A DNA stretch of 61,879 nucleotides, counting the filler, from Bonamia ostreae (taxonomy: Eukaryota): assembly GCA_040357525.1 (NCBI GenBank). It is 15 parts of 15 records of this genome, joined end to end, with 100 filler letters (N's around TTAATTAATTAA, not from the genome) between each part and the next. Parts side by side here need not be neighbours in the genome. Positions count along the whole stretch, not along the records: positions 8,324 to 12,383 come from JBDODL010000368.1; positions 12,484 to 16,540 come from JBDODL010000369.1; positions 16,641 to 20,679 come from JBDODL010000370.1; positions 20,780 to 24,817 come from JBDODL010000371.1; 11 more parts are not named here. One strand, written 5' to 3'. The notes under the pieces were generated by a model, which made no database searches, was not told the origin of the DNA, and saw only the letters and a program-made list of their open reading frames with translations. Below, one piece after another: positions 11,499-23,915 of this stretch. Positions within the stretch are counted from its first letter, which is position 1. Each line of letters starts with the position of its first letter. The position numbers and the translations under genes were made by a program.

Positions 11499-12383
11499 AT
11501 GTCAGCAGGTCTAAAAGAAACAGTCTACGATTGTTTTAATATCATTAATGACCAGTTTTGCGTTATAACATGATCGAGCCTTGCTGCGGCGACAAAAAAG
11601 ACTACGTTGCCTTAATCACAGACCAAAGCACACTGCAGATGATTAGTTCCGTTTGCAGTGTGCACGACATTAATCTGGCTGGCGTCGGCGGTTTACATTG
11701 ATAAAAAAAAGTCGTCTTGAACTTAAAGTTCAAAAGAGACCAAATGCCGGTGTCCGCGATCTATTTTGTAAATCCAACGCCCAAAAATGTCAGAAAAATC
11801 TGCAACGACTTTACCAAAAAACGGTCGATGTACAGAAAAGTGCACTTGTTTTTCAACGGCCGTTTCATTTTTTTAAGTTGAGACGTCAGCGGCGAATCAA
11901 TGGAAATGATCAGAAGGAACACGCGTCTCGTCGAAAAACTGAGCACTTTGAAAGAAGTGAACATTCACTTTTTCGGTTTCGATTGAATCGAATTAAAGTC
12001 GAAGAAGATCGTGTTTTCAGTTTGAGAAGAGCGAGTCTCCAAACAATGTATCCGATCTCGAAAAAGAGAACAGCCAAAGAATTGAAGGACATTGCCAAAG
12101 GTCTAGCTTCTCTTTGTCTGACGATGAACGAGTTTCCGTATGTGCGATATATGAAGTCGAGTGAGTGTTGTGAAAACATTGCGAGATATTTCAATGTTGA
12201 ATTTTTGAATTTTAGGATAAAATCGATTCGAAAATAAGGAAATTGTCGGATTGGGAATATCGCGAAAAAAGGGCGATTTTGTTGATTTTGGATAGAAACT
12301 ATGACAAAGTGAGTCCTTTGATGCACGAGTACACATATAAAGCGATGGTCGCTGATTTGTTGACTTTGGATAAAAATTTTGTC
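11499..12383 (+). CDS. Sec1/Munc18 family protein, 3'-partial
   Basis: After removing five 20-23-nt introns: ALITDQSTLQMISS, RDQMPVSAIYFVNP, YRKVHLFF, KEVNIHF, LASLCLTMNEFPYVRY and LLILDR...PLMHEYTYKAMVADLL. Confidence 0.92.
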
Positions 12384-12483
12384 NNNNNNNNNNNNNNNNN
12401 NNNNNNNNNNNNNNNNNNNNNNNNNNNTTAATTAATTAANNNNNNNNNNNNNNNNNNNNNNNNNNNNNNNNNNNNNNNNNNNN

Positions 12484-13267
12484 AAAACTAAATGTCTTCT
12501 GAAACGAAGCGTCGAAAAAATAAAATATTTTTATTGCTAAAAAATAAAATGTGTCGACCCATTCGATGCATTTCGCTCGAGACATTAACAATTCTTGCTC
12601 CTTTCCTCAAACTGTTGTTCTCGATCAGAAGCCGCGTTAATAGAAAGTGGCCGAGATGATTAACTTGGAACTGACTTTCATATCCATCTTTGCTCGTCGA
12701 AAACGGCAACATGACCCCTTTTCGAACGTTCAATTTTTTGAGTTCAAAATTGTCGATTGAACCGAAAAAATTAACTGAAAAGACACAAATGGAAAAATTA
12801 AATTTGAAAGAATAAAAATTTCAAAATTCACCAAAAAAACCGGCGTTATTTATCAGAAAGTCAAATTTAGTTCCTTCCAATAACACTTCGCCCGCAAAAT
12901 CTCGAACTGACTGGAGTTCGAGAAGATCCAAAACTTTGAAATTTATCGAAGCAAGCTTCACTTTGTTTTCAATTTGTTGTATAGCGATTCTTCCTTTTTC
13001 TACGTCTCTGCAAGTGATCAGGACAGTGGCGCCCAATCGGCAAAATTCGATGGCTGTGCTATAACCGATTCCTTTATTTCCGCCAGTGATCAAAACCTTC
13101 TTTCCCGATACAAAAGATTTTGTTTTGCTGGAATTCAACAATTTTTCTGTATTTCCGATTTTTATCTTTTCTACGACGCATTTTCGAATAACCAAAAACG
13201 CCGTTAATAGAGTTGGGGCAAGGACAACGCAGATTGCAACAAAAGAAACACGATCTATAGTCATCAT
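12484..13267 (-). CDS. Short-chain dehydrogenase/reductase (RDH11-14/WWOX-like) with N-terminal membrane anchor, 3'-partial
   Basis: ITGGNKGIG Rossmann motif, LINNAG|VM splice junction, DGYESQFQVNHLGHFLLT and RIVNVSS. Confidence 0.92.
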
Positions 13268-13879
13268 TCTGGAATTTTAGTTAGCTTCACTTTTTAATAG
13301 TTTCTGATATAATGAGAATTCCATATAGTGGATGGCTATGTGGAATATTGCATGTAGACAATCTCAGCGAATGTTGTACATTGTAACCAATTTTGGTCTT
13401 TTTGAAAATTAAAATTTTCTATTTTATGTAATTAAATGTCTTCAGTTCTTTTAATGATTTGGTTGTTACTGCACCAACGTTAATCGAGAAGAATATGAAT
13501 AATTTTTAAGACAGTTCGCATAGACAATCTTAGTCACCAACCTTATGAGCGATTGGTAGCTGACCGAGAGATTATGTATATTAGTTTACATTTCGCGTAG
13601 CCGACGCAATGCAAACTTTTAAACTCAAGGGGACATTGAGAGTGGCATGGTTAACAATCAACCATAAGCTTCTGAAGTATAAATTGTATTGAAATTTATT
13701 AATTTGTTAACGGTTGTGGAAACGACGACGCTGAGACTCGAACCCGTGATTCATGATAACTCGTTAGATTGGAATCCACAAGAACATGGATGTGACATAA
13801 TTATTTTGATTCTCCTTGCAACCTCTAAACCTCATCTCCTTTGTCCATCGAAGTAAAAATGCTGAAACACAAAATAAGA

Positions 13880-15338
13880 CTAATCATTTACTAGAAACAA
13901 AATGTTGAGTGAATACAGAACTATTGGGATGTACAGATTATCGAATTGAACAGACATCGCTTCGAACACCGAACAGGAAATTATCGGGAAAACCATTTTT
14001 CCCAAAACAGAAAAATCCGGTAATCCAGAATTCAAAGCGGAATAGACCAAAATTTCAAAAATCAGCGCACTTAAGAAACCGCCTAACATTCCTTCGACTG
14101 TTTTCCCGTTTTCAAAGCGCATTTTGCCCTTCAAAAGTATTCCGGAAATCGCCGCCTTAATTTTTTTTAGTAAACGAAAGCATCGAGAACTCCAAGAGCG
14201 GTCAAACCAGAGAGAGCGGAGATAAAATCGAAAGCAGTTTTGGGCACTCCGAAGTGCAATATTTGCAGAAAAACGGGCAACGACACGCCAGTTAGAAGAT
14301 AGATGTGGGACAAATAAATATTGTCGTGGTCTCTGTCGTCTTTGTATCCTTCGATGAACGTAACAAAAAATTCAACTTTTGTAAAACGAATCCACTTTCG
14401 CCACAAAGGCGAAATCGTGGTTGCGCCGGATATATTCCAGAATAACAAAAGACAAAATAGCGCAGTACAGCGCGAAAGCTAGGAAAATAGCGTCCGCGAA
14501 CAGAGCCGGTGCAATAAAGAGAATGACGAAGAAATGGAAATATTTCCGCTTTAAAAAGTTCTTTTTCGAGTTCGGAGCCGCTTTTCTATTTTGAGGAGCC
14601 ATTTTTATCATTGAGAGAAAGAGGATTGACCAGAAAGTGAGCAAAAACAGTCTCTTCTGGCTGTAGATTGCCGTCGAAGCCCACAAGATAAACGGCGCAA
14701 AGACCAAAACGTCCTTCGGCGCAAATTTATTTTTCGGAAGAATGTAAAAGCGAACGAAGTGCATTAGGAAAACGGTCGACTCGAAGACTGCCAGGTCGTT
14801 TCTGCTGGCTAAAACGGAATTGTAAAGTTGATAGCCAAAAAAATGGAACTTGAGTTGTTTTAAGAAAACGATTATGAGGAAAATCGGGAATAAGAAGAAT
14901 AACGAAGAAAGTGCCGCGAAAATAAAGTCTTCGCCGTTCAAAAACGATTTTGCGGAGAGGGAGTTTATTTTTGTGACAATAAAGTCAGTTAAAAAAATAT
15001 TGACGGAGACGGCAAAGCAAAAGCATATTTCCGTCAAATTTCTGGATATTGGAAAGCTCGTCACAAAATGCAGCGAGAAAGTCGAAGAAAAGGACAAAAG
15101 AGAAAATAGAGCTTTTTTTGGCGTGTTTTGAGCATTAGTCAAATAACCAATTGAAGTCGCAATGGTACTGGCCAACATAAAATATCCTTTTTATAAATAT
15201 AATGGAACCTGATATAAAGTGAAAGAAGCTTAAGATGTCATTTTTTCCCGCGAACTTTGCTTTTTGTAATAAGAAAATGTTCAAAGACAGCGAGCACAAA
15301 AGAAACATTCCGCTATAGCTACTTTTTTTGGTCGCCAT
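13880..15338 (-). CDS. DOLK: Dolichol kinase (Sec59/DOLK)
   Basis: Multi-TM protein with RKYFH, DDRD...YLSHIYLLTGVSLP, LGVLDAF|AA, KTVEG and FEAMSVQFDNLYIP; three short GT-AG introns (e.g. 14156-14175). Confidence 0.92.
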
Positions 15339-15578
15339 TTTTAAATTATTATATGCAAGATGTTATATAATTAAATAAGCTCTTATCTCCAAAAGAGTAT
15401 TAAATTGAAAAACAAATTTGATTTGAAAATCAAATTCGAATATCGGTAAATGCCAAAATTTGAATGTCAACAATCAAATTTAATTCTCATCTTTTTTAAG
15501 AAGCGACGCTTCGTTTTCGAGATTTGATTTTTTACAATATTTATACTTTCAAAGAGCACAAAAAATATGATGTCTTTA

Positions 15579-15963
15579 CTACTTCAAAATTTTCGAATCG
15601 GTTACAAGTGCGGCGTAGGCGTTAGTCATAGCCGCGACCACAGCGAGAGACAGCAAAATTGTAGATTCGATGCTCTGCGCTCTCATGTTTCGCAAAAGCA
15701 TGGCCCCGCCCAAACCAAGCGAATTTACGAAGCCGAAATATTTTCCATCCGGGTTCTTCCCGTAATTCATGTATCTTCATTGTTTCAAGATAATTTTGTA
15801 TCGTCATTTATTTGGGCAAAGCCTAAAAATAAAACGAGCTGAAAATGTAATTTCCACCAAAAATCAGGTGCGTCATAAACTTGGAGTAACTTCTAGTGGC
15901 AAATATGCCTGTTCCGATGACCCCCGTTCCAAATGCTGCATTCATCACAGCGAGACTTATCAT
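15579..15963 (-). CDS. TMEM14-like small membrane protein (paralog A)
   Basis: ATG 15963 and phase-2 intron 15775-15835 give about 107 aa with Gly-rich hydrophobic helices in a TMEM14-like pattern. Confidence 0.55.
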
Positions 15964-16012
15964 TTTAGCTGAATTTTAACTTATTAACAAATCCACATAA
16001 AAAAAAGTCATA

Positions 16013-16366
16013 ATGAATTTTATTTTCGGTGCGACATTAGGCAGCGGAGGATTGATGCTGCTAAAAAAATCTAAAAAGTCGGCTATCGCAAATGCCATTT
16101 TCGCGAGCGGATATTTCTTAGCCTGGTTGATAAAGTTCATTTTAAGGTATAAAGGCCGAACTAATGAGAGAAATGGCTATCTAATTGGGACTGCGAATTC
16201 GGCTTTGTTTACGTCGCTGGTTCTTTGGCGATATTACGTTTTCAAAAAGACGGCAGCCATTATGAGAATTGCCATGTTCGGGGGCTTTGCCGGATTTTTT
16301 AATTTTGCTTGTTTGCTAGACATTCTTAACATCCAGCGCAAATTGGAAGCAGAGAAAAATAAATAA
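16013..16366 (+). CDS. TMEM14-like small membrane protein (paralog B)
   Basis: FIFGATLGSGGLMLL...AIFASGYFLAW|Y...NGYLIGTANSALFTSLVLWRY; in-frame 21-nt phase-2 intron 16126-16146. Confidence 0.6.
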   Translation: MNFIFGATLGSGGLMLLKKSKKSAIANAIFASGYFLAWLIKFILRYKGRTNERNGYLIGTANSALFTSLVLWRYYVFKKTAAIMRIAMFGGFAGFFNFACLLDILNIQRKLEAEKNK

Positions 16367-17331
16367 ATATATGTTCGTTCACATCTAAATAAATAAATGT
16401 TTCGGGTTTCGAAGTGCAATGACCCGACTAAAACTCGTCAGCGCCTTGACCGTTCCTTCGGTTTGTGCACTAAAAACAGAATGTAGTCGCACAGTCAGTT
16501 TCAGGAATGTAGTCGAACTAAAAAAAAGCGTGCGGTCAAGNNNNNNNNNNNNNNNNNNNNNNNNNNNNNNNNNNNNNNNNNNNNTTAATTAATTAANNNN
16601 NNNNNNNNNNNNNNNNNNNNNNNNNNNNNNNNNNNNNNNNACATTCCGAATGAAGACATGTCTGAGTTTGCCGGTTTTAGAAGTAAAGGAATATTTTCTG
16701 AACATGACAAATTAGGGCGTTTTCGAAATAAATTTTAAATAGATTTTTGTTTTTGATTATTTCCAATTTTTTCAAGTTTTATCATTATTTTTTTCCAATT
16801 TAACAAATTCAGGAAATGTCGTTTTTTACAAATTCATTAAATTTAACAAATTTTGGAAATGTTGTTTAACGAAATTTAAGAATAAAAATTGTATTCTTAA
16901 ATATCGTTGAATAAAAAAATTAGAAAATATGGCTCTTTTTTCTTAAATCTGGTCAATATTTAATGAAAAGCGAACGGATCTAAATGAGGTTTTTGACTGT
17001 TTGAGCGATATTAAAATACTCCTTCAAGGAAAAAAGAAAATGTTTAAGATCTTAAATGGTCCAAATCAAACATAATCTCATCTTGATAATTATCGCCGTA
17101 AAAAATCATTGATCTCACAAAGAAAAGTTCTTAAACTCAAAAATATTAAAAATCGTTGACCACTTAATTGAAAAAGTCGTAATCGAAAAAAATAATTGAA
17201 TGGTCTCTGAAAAGTCGTAATTTGAAAAAGTCGTTTTTAGCAATTAAAGATCTCTGAAGCGACAACGCCATTTCTCGCAAAAGAAATGTGAATCGAGGTT
17301 TGCTTTTATATCCAAACACTTAATTTATAAA

Positions 17332-19304
17332 ATGGAAGACATTTTCGAGAACGAAATAAAATCGGCTCTCGATCTCGAAACTTACGAATCGCTGAAATTC
17401 ACTTTGCTCGCGCTAAACGAAAAACCAGACAAACACACGTTCCTCCCCGAAGACGCCATGTTCAACGTGATCCGCTTCCTAGACCAATCCGACATTTCCA
17501 ATTTGGCCTGCGCCAGCAAGGCTCTGCGCAACATCTGCAACAGCCCTCTCCTCTGGACCGAACTAGACCTGCGCCCTTACTGGCACAAATCGGACGACCT
17601 TTTCGTGCAGCAATTGCTGAACACGTCCGAAAAGTTCACGAACATCGAAACCCTGAAAATCGACATGTGCCGCGCGCTCACCAACAAATCCCTCAGACTG
17701 TTCGCCCGTCGGTGCAGAAAGCTCAAGCGACTGAGCATGTTCCGCTGCCCGCAGATCACACAGGAAGAAATAATCCAGTTCGCCAAGAAAATGCCGTTGC
17801 TGGAGTCGATCGAGTTCTACGGGAGCGTCTTCTCTCTGAACGCGCTGATCGGAATGGTCGTCAGTTTCCCGCAATTGGACATCGGCGTCAACGCGTTCAT
17901 CGTTTTTCGGCCCAAATTTTAAGTTGAGCGCGCACAAGAAGATCGCGATCGAAAAAGTGAGAATGGAAAGTCGCGAAAACAGCGCGTCGCTGCAAATGGC
18001 GAGACTTTCGCAGACCGAGTCCTCGATTTCGCGGAGCGCCGCGAAACCGGAATCGAGCGAGTTCGCGAAAATAAGTCAATTGAAGCTGTCCGCGCACATC
18101 AATGGCGTTTCTGAAGTGTATTCGATCGATAGAGCAACGTGTGATTTTAAGGACTCGCAACAGGCTTCGCCGTGTTGGGGCGAGCTCAAGTCTCAGGTCA
18201 TTTTCGGGGACAGAGAGTTCGAAATGTTATTTTTTCTAAAGGACAAAAAGAAGCGGGAATTTTCCGACGAAAGTGATCTTCGCGTGTGAAGGGCACTTGG
18301 ATATGATAACATCTGTTGGAATAACAGAGTGTGAGTATTGTCACAAGTACTTAGAAGACGAGAGTTGTGTAAATGACATTATTTGTCGATTGTGTTGTGA
18401 TCGTTACAGCTTTGCGAACAAGAAGAATTGGATTACGATCAAACGAAAAAATCTCGAGAAAATTTCTATTGGGCAAATATCAAATGTTTTAGATTCAGTT
18501 GGATTTTTACAATTTAGTTCAATTTTTACAATTTTTACAATTTTTGTTTTTTGCAAATTAATTCAATTTTTACAAATTTTGCTTTTTGCAAATTAATTCA
18601 ATTTTTACAAATTTTGCTTTTTGCAAATTAGTTCAATTTTTACAATTTTTGCAATTTTTGCTTTTTGCAAATTAGTTCAATTTTTACAATTTTTACAAAT
18701 TTTGCTTTTTTGCAAATTAGTTCAATTTTTACAAATTTTGTTTTTTGCAAATTAGTTCAATTTTTACAATTTTTGTTTTTAAATTCAATTTTTACAAATT
18801 TTGTTTTTTAAATTATTTAGTTTTAGTTTTCATTGAATACAAAAGACGATAAAAATCGCTAATCCCAAAAACATCCCACCATTCCTCATATTATATGACT
18901 CAGTTGAATTGAACATCTCGTTGATGCGGACGGCACAAAACGACCATTCTAACTCTCAAGATTTAGCTAGATCAGCAACTTTCGAAGAAGATACACCGTT
19001 TTCAGATTTTTGGTCGACAAACAGATCTCGTATAGAAGAAGCTTCAGACCGTATCGCCCAAATCCTGAAAAACGCAAAGAAAGAAAAAGGTGCGAACAGG
19101 GCTGTTTTTGTTTACGATGATAGCGAGGAAATTGGTATTTACATATCAAAAGGATCCGTTAACATAAAAACGCACGCGAAGGAAACTATTTCGGTGCAAA
19201 ACTTTACAAAGAGCTTTTGGTGGCTCATTTTGCCAATTATCTTTTTATTAACAATTCTTTTTGTGTTCAAAAGCAATTTTTTGGCCGAACTTCCAATGTT
19301 TTAA
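17332..19304 (+). CDS. F-box/LRR protein with Cys-rich region and C-terminal transmembrane tail
   Basis: F-box LPEDAMFNVIRFLDQSDISNLACASK...LWTELDL and Cys-containing LRRs (MCRALTNKSL, RCPQIT). Short introns near 17902-17923 and ending at 18241, then phase-0 intron 18498-18845, join the last exon ending WWLILPIIFLLTILFVFK. Confidence 0.75.
18503..18810. repeat. ~35-bp minisatellite inside the F-box gene intron
   Basis: Unit caaattagttcaatttttacaaattttgctttttg, about 8 imperfect copies. Confidence 0.9.
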
Positions 19305-19609
19305 ATATATCATTAAAATTTGCTTTCGAGTTTAAAATTTGTAAAAATTTATTTTCAAAACTGTTGTTGTTAATTGTTAAATCGGCAGTACTGAATTTTT
19401 ATCATTTTAAAAATCAAAAAGATTTTATACGGACAATCTTCGTTCGTTGAAACCAATAGCTCCATTAAGTGTTTTCTTATTTGTGGCGATTTTTATTTTT
19501 ATGCGAACTATTTTCTTGCACAATCAAAGAGTGCTTAAAGTTTTTTTTTCAAAATTTAATGAAGAAAAATTTAAAATTTTCGAGCAATTTGTAAAAACGT
19601 TAAAATTAA

Positions 19610-19915
19610 AAGCGTCGAAAACCAAAATTTTCCAAAAAATGATTTTTATCAAAAATCAAATTTATAAAACGTCAAAAATTTTAGAAAAAATTATTTTTAA
19701 CAAAGATCAAATTAAAACGCCAAAAATTTTACAAAAAACGATTTTTATCAAAAATCAAATTTATAAAACGTCAAAAATTTTACAAAAAATTATTTTTAAC
19801 AAAAATCCAATTAAAACGTCAAAAATTTTACAAAAAATTATTTTTAACAAAAATCCAATTTATAAAACGTCAAAAATTTTACAAAAAATTATTTTTAACA
19901 AAGATCAAATTAATA
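19610..19915. repeat. 48-51-bp minisatellite, about 6 copies
   Basis: Unit aaaacgtcaaaaattttacaaaaaattatttttaacaaaaatccaatt(tat). Confidence 0.9.
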
Positions 19916-20950
19916 AAAATGTTAATAAACTTAAAACGTCGAAAACCAAGATTTTGCAAAAAATAATTAAAAAAAAGATTATAAATATTATAACAAACAC
20001 ATTTCTGTCTCTCGCCTGCGCAACTATTTTCTTTTTCTTTTTCTTTTTCAATTTCAGAATGCTTTTTCTACCATTTGATTTACTCTCTTTAAGCATATTC
20101 ACTTTCAATCTTTGTGCTGCAAGCTTCATTTTAACCTTTGTCAGAATTTCGTACTCCTCAGAAATTCTAATTAAGGGCGTTTATTTGACACTCACTTTGG
20201 TTTTTAATAATCATCCAAAATAGACTTATTACATGCAAATTAGCACACACATTGTTCTAATAACGTTGATATTTTATTTCGCGATGGAAATAGTAATTCT
20301 GACATCGCCTCTTTCTAACAATTTTCTTGCTTTGTTTAGCACATATGGCTCAGAAGGCGATATCGTTTTTACCGCAAAGAGTTTTATATAAAAATTTCAA
20401 GCTAAGAATACGATAGTGCATATATACCATTTGATATTCATATCTTTTCTTGCACTTTATAACGACGATACTTTCGACCAAAATATTACCGTCTTTTTTG
20501 CGATAACAAACGTTTTTATTTGATAATTGAAATTTACAAAAAATGCGTTTTTAAACAGATAAATGTTGCAATTTGATAATTTGCTTGAACATAACAACAA
20601 TTTGTAATAATAAATCAACAATTTGCAATTTTCGAGAATATTTAAAAGCAAAATTTAATAATAAAAATAACAATTTCCANNNNNNNNNNNNNNNNNNNNN
20701 NNNNNNNNNNNNNNNNNNNNNNNTTAATTAATTAANNNNNNNNNNNNNNNNNNNNNNNNNNNNNNNNNNNNNNNNNNNNGTTAATATGTTAATTTGAGTT
20801 TCAGATATTATTTTTTTTAATTTAGTTGTTATTCGTACAACAAAACATTATTTTCAATATTTTCGTTTGTTAGTAATATTTTATTAAATTTGTAATTTTT
20901 TAACATTCTAGTTTTGTTAAAGTCCAATTTATACAAATAATAAAATCAGA

Positions 20951-22798
20951 ATGGAAATAAAATCAATCTTATTATACAATTTAGTGATAATCACATTCTT
21001 GATTTTTCTATTTTCTCTTTTTTCGCTTTTTGTTTTGAAGCCGAACCAAAAACTGCTCTTTGCAAAAAATGAAAAAATTAGAATTGGCGAAAAATTAAAA
21101 AACATCAAAAAATTGGAACGATCGACATTGTGTCTTTATAAAGATAAATTTTGTTACAAAAACCATTCGTGCTTTCTTTTATTTAATGTTTTTGCGCACT
21201 TGTTTTTAATAATTTTCGGTGTCACCGGCGTCTTAAAAATAACATTTGGATTTTTCGGTCAAAATTTGGAAAGTAGTTTTTTGGAATTCCAAAACATTGA
21301 TTTATTCGAAAAATACTCAAATTACAGGGCTCGATTTACCAATTTTCAAAACAGATTTGTTAGTTCTGCGGAAAATTCTTTTAAATCGCAAATACCAAAA
21401 ATTCGAACCGAAATGGGCAAATCAATCAATGATTTTGAAAAACTACATGAAAAAGTTTTGCAAAGAATTCAATTGGTAAAATATGCGAACGACCAAATTT
21501 CTCAAACAATCGACAAATCTTTCTCAAGGAACAAGGAAAATAACATTGAAAACGAAAACTTTTTCTGCTCAAAAAAATGGTCTGAAAATTGGCCCGAAAA
21601 TTGTTCTAGTTTGTTCTTCATCGACCAAATGATAGTTTTTGATTTAAATTTCAGCGATACGATTTTGTTGTTTCAAAACATTTCCCTTTTGTTACAGCCC
21701 CAAAAAGTCGATTTCAGAAGAACTAAATGGACTACTGGAAAGCTATCAGATTTATCAGATATTGAAACTATAAATTTTAACGCAACGTACTTCTATAATT
21801 TTGACAAAATTGGTTTTGTCCATTATGGCAGATATCGATTTGAACTACTTCAAAAAATATTCAAGTATTTTTTTACTGCTCTTTTTATAAAATGTGCGCT
21901 TTCTAAAATGTACTTGCTTTTCTACGGAGTCTCTAAAATCGAGGATAATGTCGAATTGTCGATTGAAGAAACTAAGCATAAAAGGACTATTGCGGAAATG
22001 AACTTATTTTTTCGATACATTTCTAGAATTAGAAAGAAAATCCTTTTTCTTGTGAGATTAATTTTGCTGTGTTGTCTGATTTGGATGCAAAGAAATTTGT
22101 ACTTATATTTCACTGAAGACAACGATTTCCAGAAAATGGGAGTTGATTTATTTTCTAAATTTATTTCTGGGCCGTCTTACTTAAATGAGATACAACACAC
22201 AGAAAACGAGCTAAATCAATTTTTTGACGAAATGAATAAAGATAAAATTAAAAGATTTATTAATTCTGTTCAAGATTTTAACGATAAAGAGAAACGTTTC
22301 ATCGACAATTTGAACGCCAAAAAGTGCTTTTGGTTCAGATACCAAAACACGAAATGTTTTACAAGCGATATATTTTCGAATAATTTTGAAACGTTTTCAG
22401 AATGTAACAGAAATTGCGAAGAATTGGTTGTAGAGGGAAAATTAATCAACGAAAAAGAACTCGAAAAAATAAAAACGATATTTCCCCCAAAACGCTTCAA
22501 TTTTGCAGAAAATTTAACGTTTTTAATACGAAAATAAAGAAAATTATATGAGAAAGAGCTTGAAAATTTAACAGATCCGATTTTCAGCAAAATTAGAAAA
22601 AATATTGCAACACTTTCGCTGCTTTTATATGGAGTCCTGATATTTTATCTATTGAAGCCGATTTTCAATTATGTTTTTTTTGGTGTATTCGTTGACTACA
22701 ATGGCGCATTGTCAAGAAGATTTGTGACTTACGAAGCTGAAAACCGCCCCGAAAATCGCCAGGAAAAGAATTTATTTTCAATTAAAATCAATTTTTAA
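20951..22798 (+). CDS. Hypothetical multi-pass membrane protein
   Basis: 528-aa ORF plus a final exon after a 21-nt GT-AG intron near 22519-22539; several hydrophobic segments and Cys-containing loops; family not recognised. Confidence 0.6.
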
Positions 22799-22816
22799 AA
22801 ATGGAAAATTGAAAAT

Positions 22817-23510
22817 TTACTTCCCGACCAAATTTCTGTAATCGAATCCGAGCGATTTGAAATATTTTGCCAAGTCAAATTTCTTCGGTTCCGTGTTAAA
22901 AATCCGCACTCTCTCGAACTTCTTGTCGTCCAAATAGTGTCCGATCGTTTGTTCCATCAAATATTTTCCTTGCTCGATGTTCATGTGTTCGTTCAAAACT
23001 TGCCCTCTGACCAGAGAGATATCGCGAGAATCTATTAGCTCGTCATAAAAGGACAGAATAAAATAAGGATAAGAATCCCCTTTTTGCAACCGAAAAGCTT
23101 CGAGACTTGTCATGATGCAAAAATTATCTTGGAATTCGCTATAAACGACGAAAAACTTTTTTCCCGTGGGAACTGGAAACACAAATCTACAAAAGTTTTG
23201 TAAACAATTTTTATTATTAAAGTTTAAAGCTTTAATGATCTTGATTAATATAGCAATACCTTTTACCGATTTTGGAACGTTTCATGATTTTTTCGAACTG
23301 TTCTATGTTTAAAGTTGAGGAGCATTTTGACGGAGAATTTGAATGATGTTTTTCCCAAATATATTCGATCGTCTTAGTGTCTTCGGATTCAAGCTTTCTT
23401 AGATCGACAATGTCGTTTAACTGTCGATTGGAAAACTTGGCCGATTTTGTACAGAAAAGAATATTTGTTTTGAAGTTAACTTTGCTTTTAAGAATATTTA
23501 GGATCGCCAT
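22817..23510 (-). CDS. ATP11: Mitochondrial F1-ATPase assembly factor Atp11 (ATPAF1)
   Basis: LNDIVDLRKL...IEYIWEKHH, R|FVFPVP, TSLEAFRLQK..SYPYFILSFYDEL and ISLVRGQV; basic N-terminus resembles a presequence. Confidence 0.9.
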
Positions 23511-23915
23511 TTTGTAGATTATATTAGATGTTTTGTATAAAAATGAATGTAGGAAAGCTCAAATAAATTTGTAAACAATGGTCAATTTTATAATCACAAT
23601 CATTAATATCTTTTGAATTCACATAACGAACAAATCTTCGAAAAAGAGGTTCGCCAACAAACGAGAAAAATAAAGTGGAGAGGTCAAATCCTTTTTAATT
23701 TTCGACTCGCTAAAAGTGGTGGCCAACGAAATGTAAATAAATGCAAAAAGGAGAAACCTTTCACTTGCAGACATTTTTGTTGTTATCATATTGGTTTAGA
23801 CTAAATCTTAATTGACTTGAAAAATAATTATTCGCCTATTTTGATAAATTAATCGTGTACATTGACCATTTAGATATTGTCTAAATATTCTCGTTATATA
23901 ACAAAAATTTAGAAC

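Noticed and set aside
16445-16540. cttgaccg...cggtcaag inverted pair as a MITE
   Set aside because: Only 8 bp match and it abuts the contig end, so a target-site duplication cannot be assessed.
19447-20223. 258-aa plus-strand ORF with KTSKILQKIIFNK repeats
   Set aside because: The frame stays open mainly because the repeat units are multiples of 3, and it has no ATG at its start. More likely an intronic array of a poorly defined minus-strand gene.
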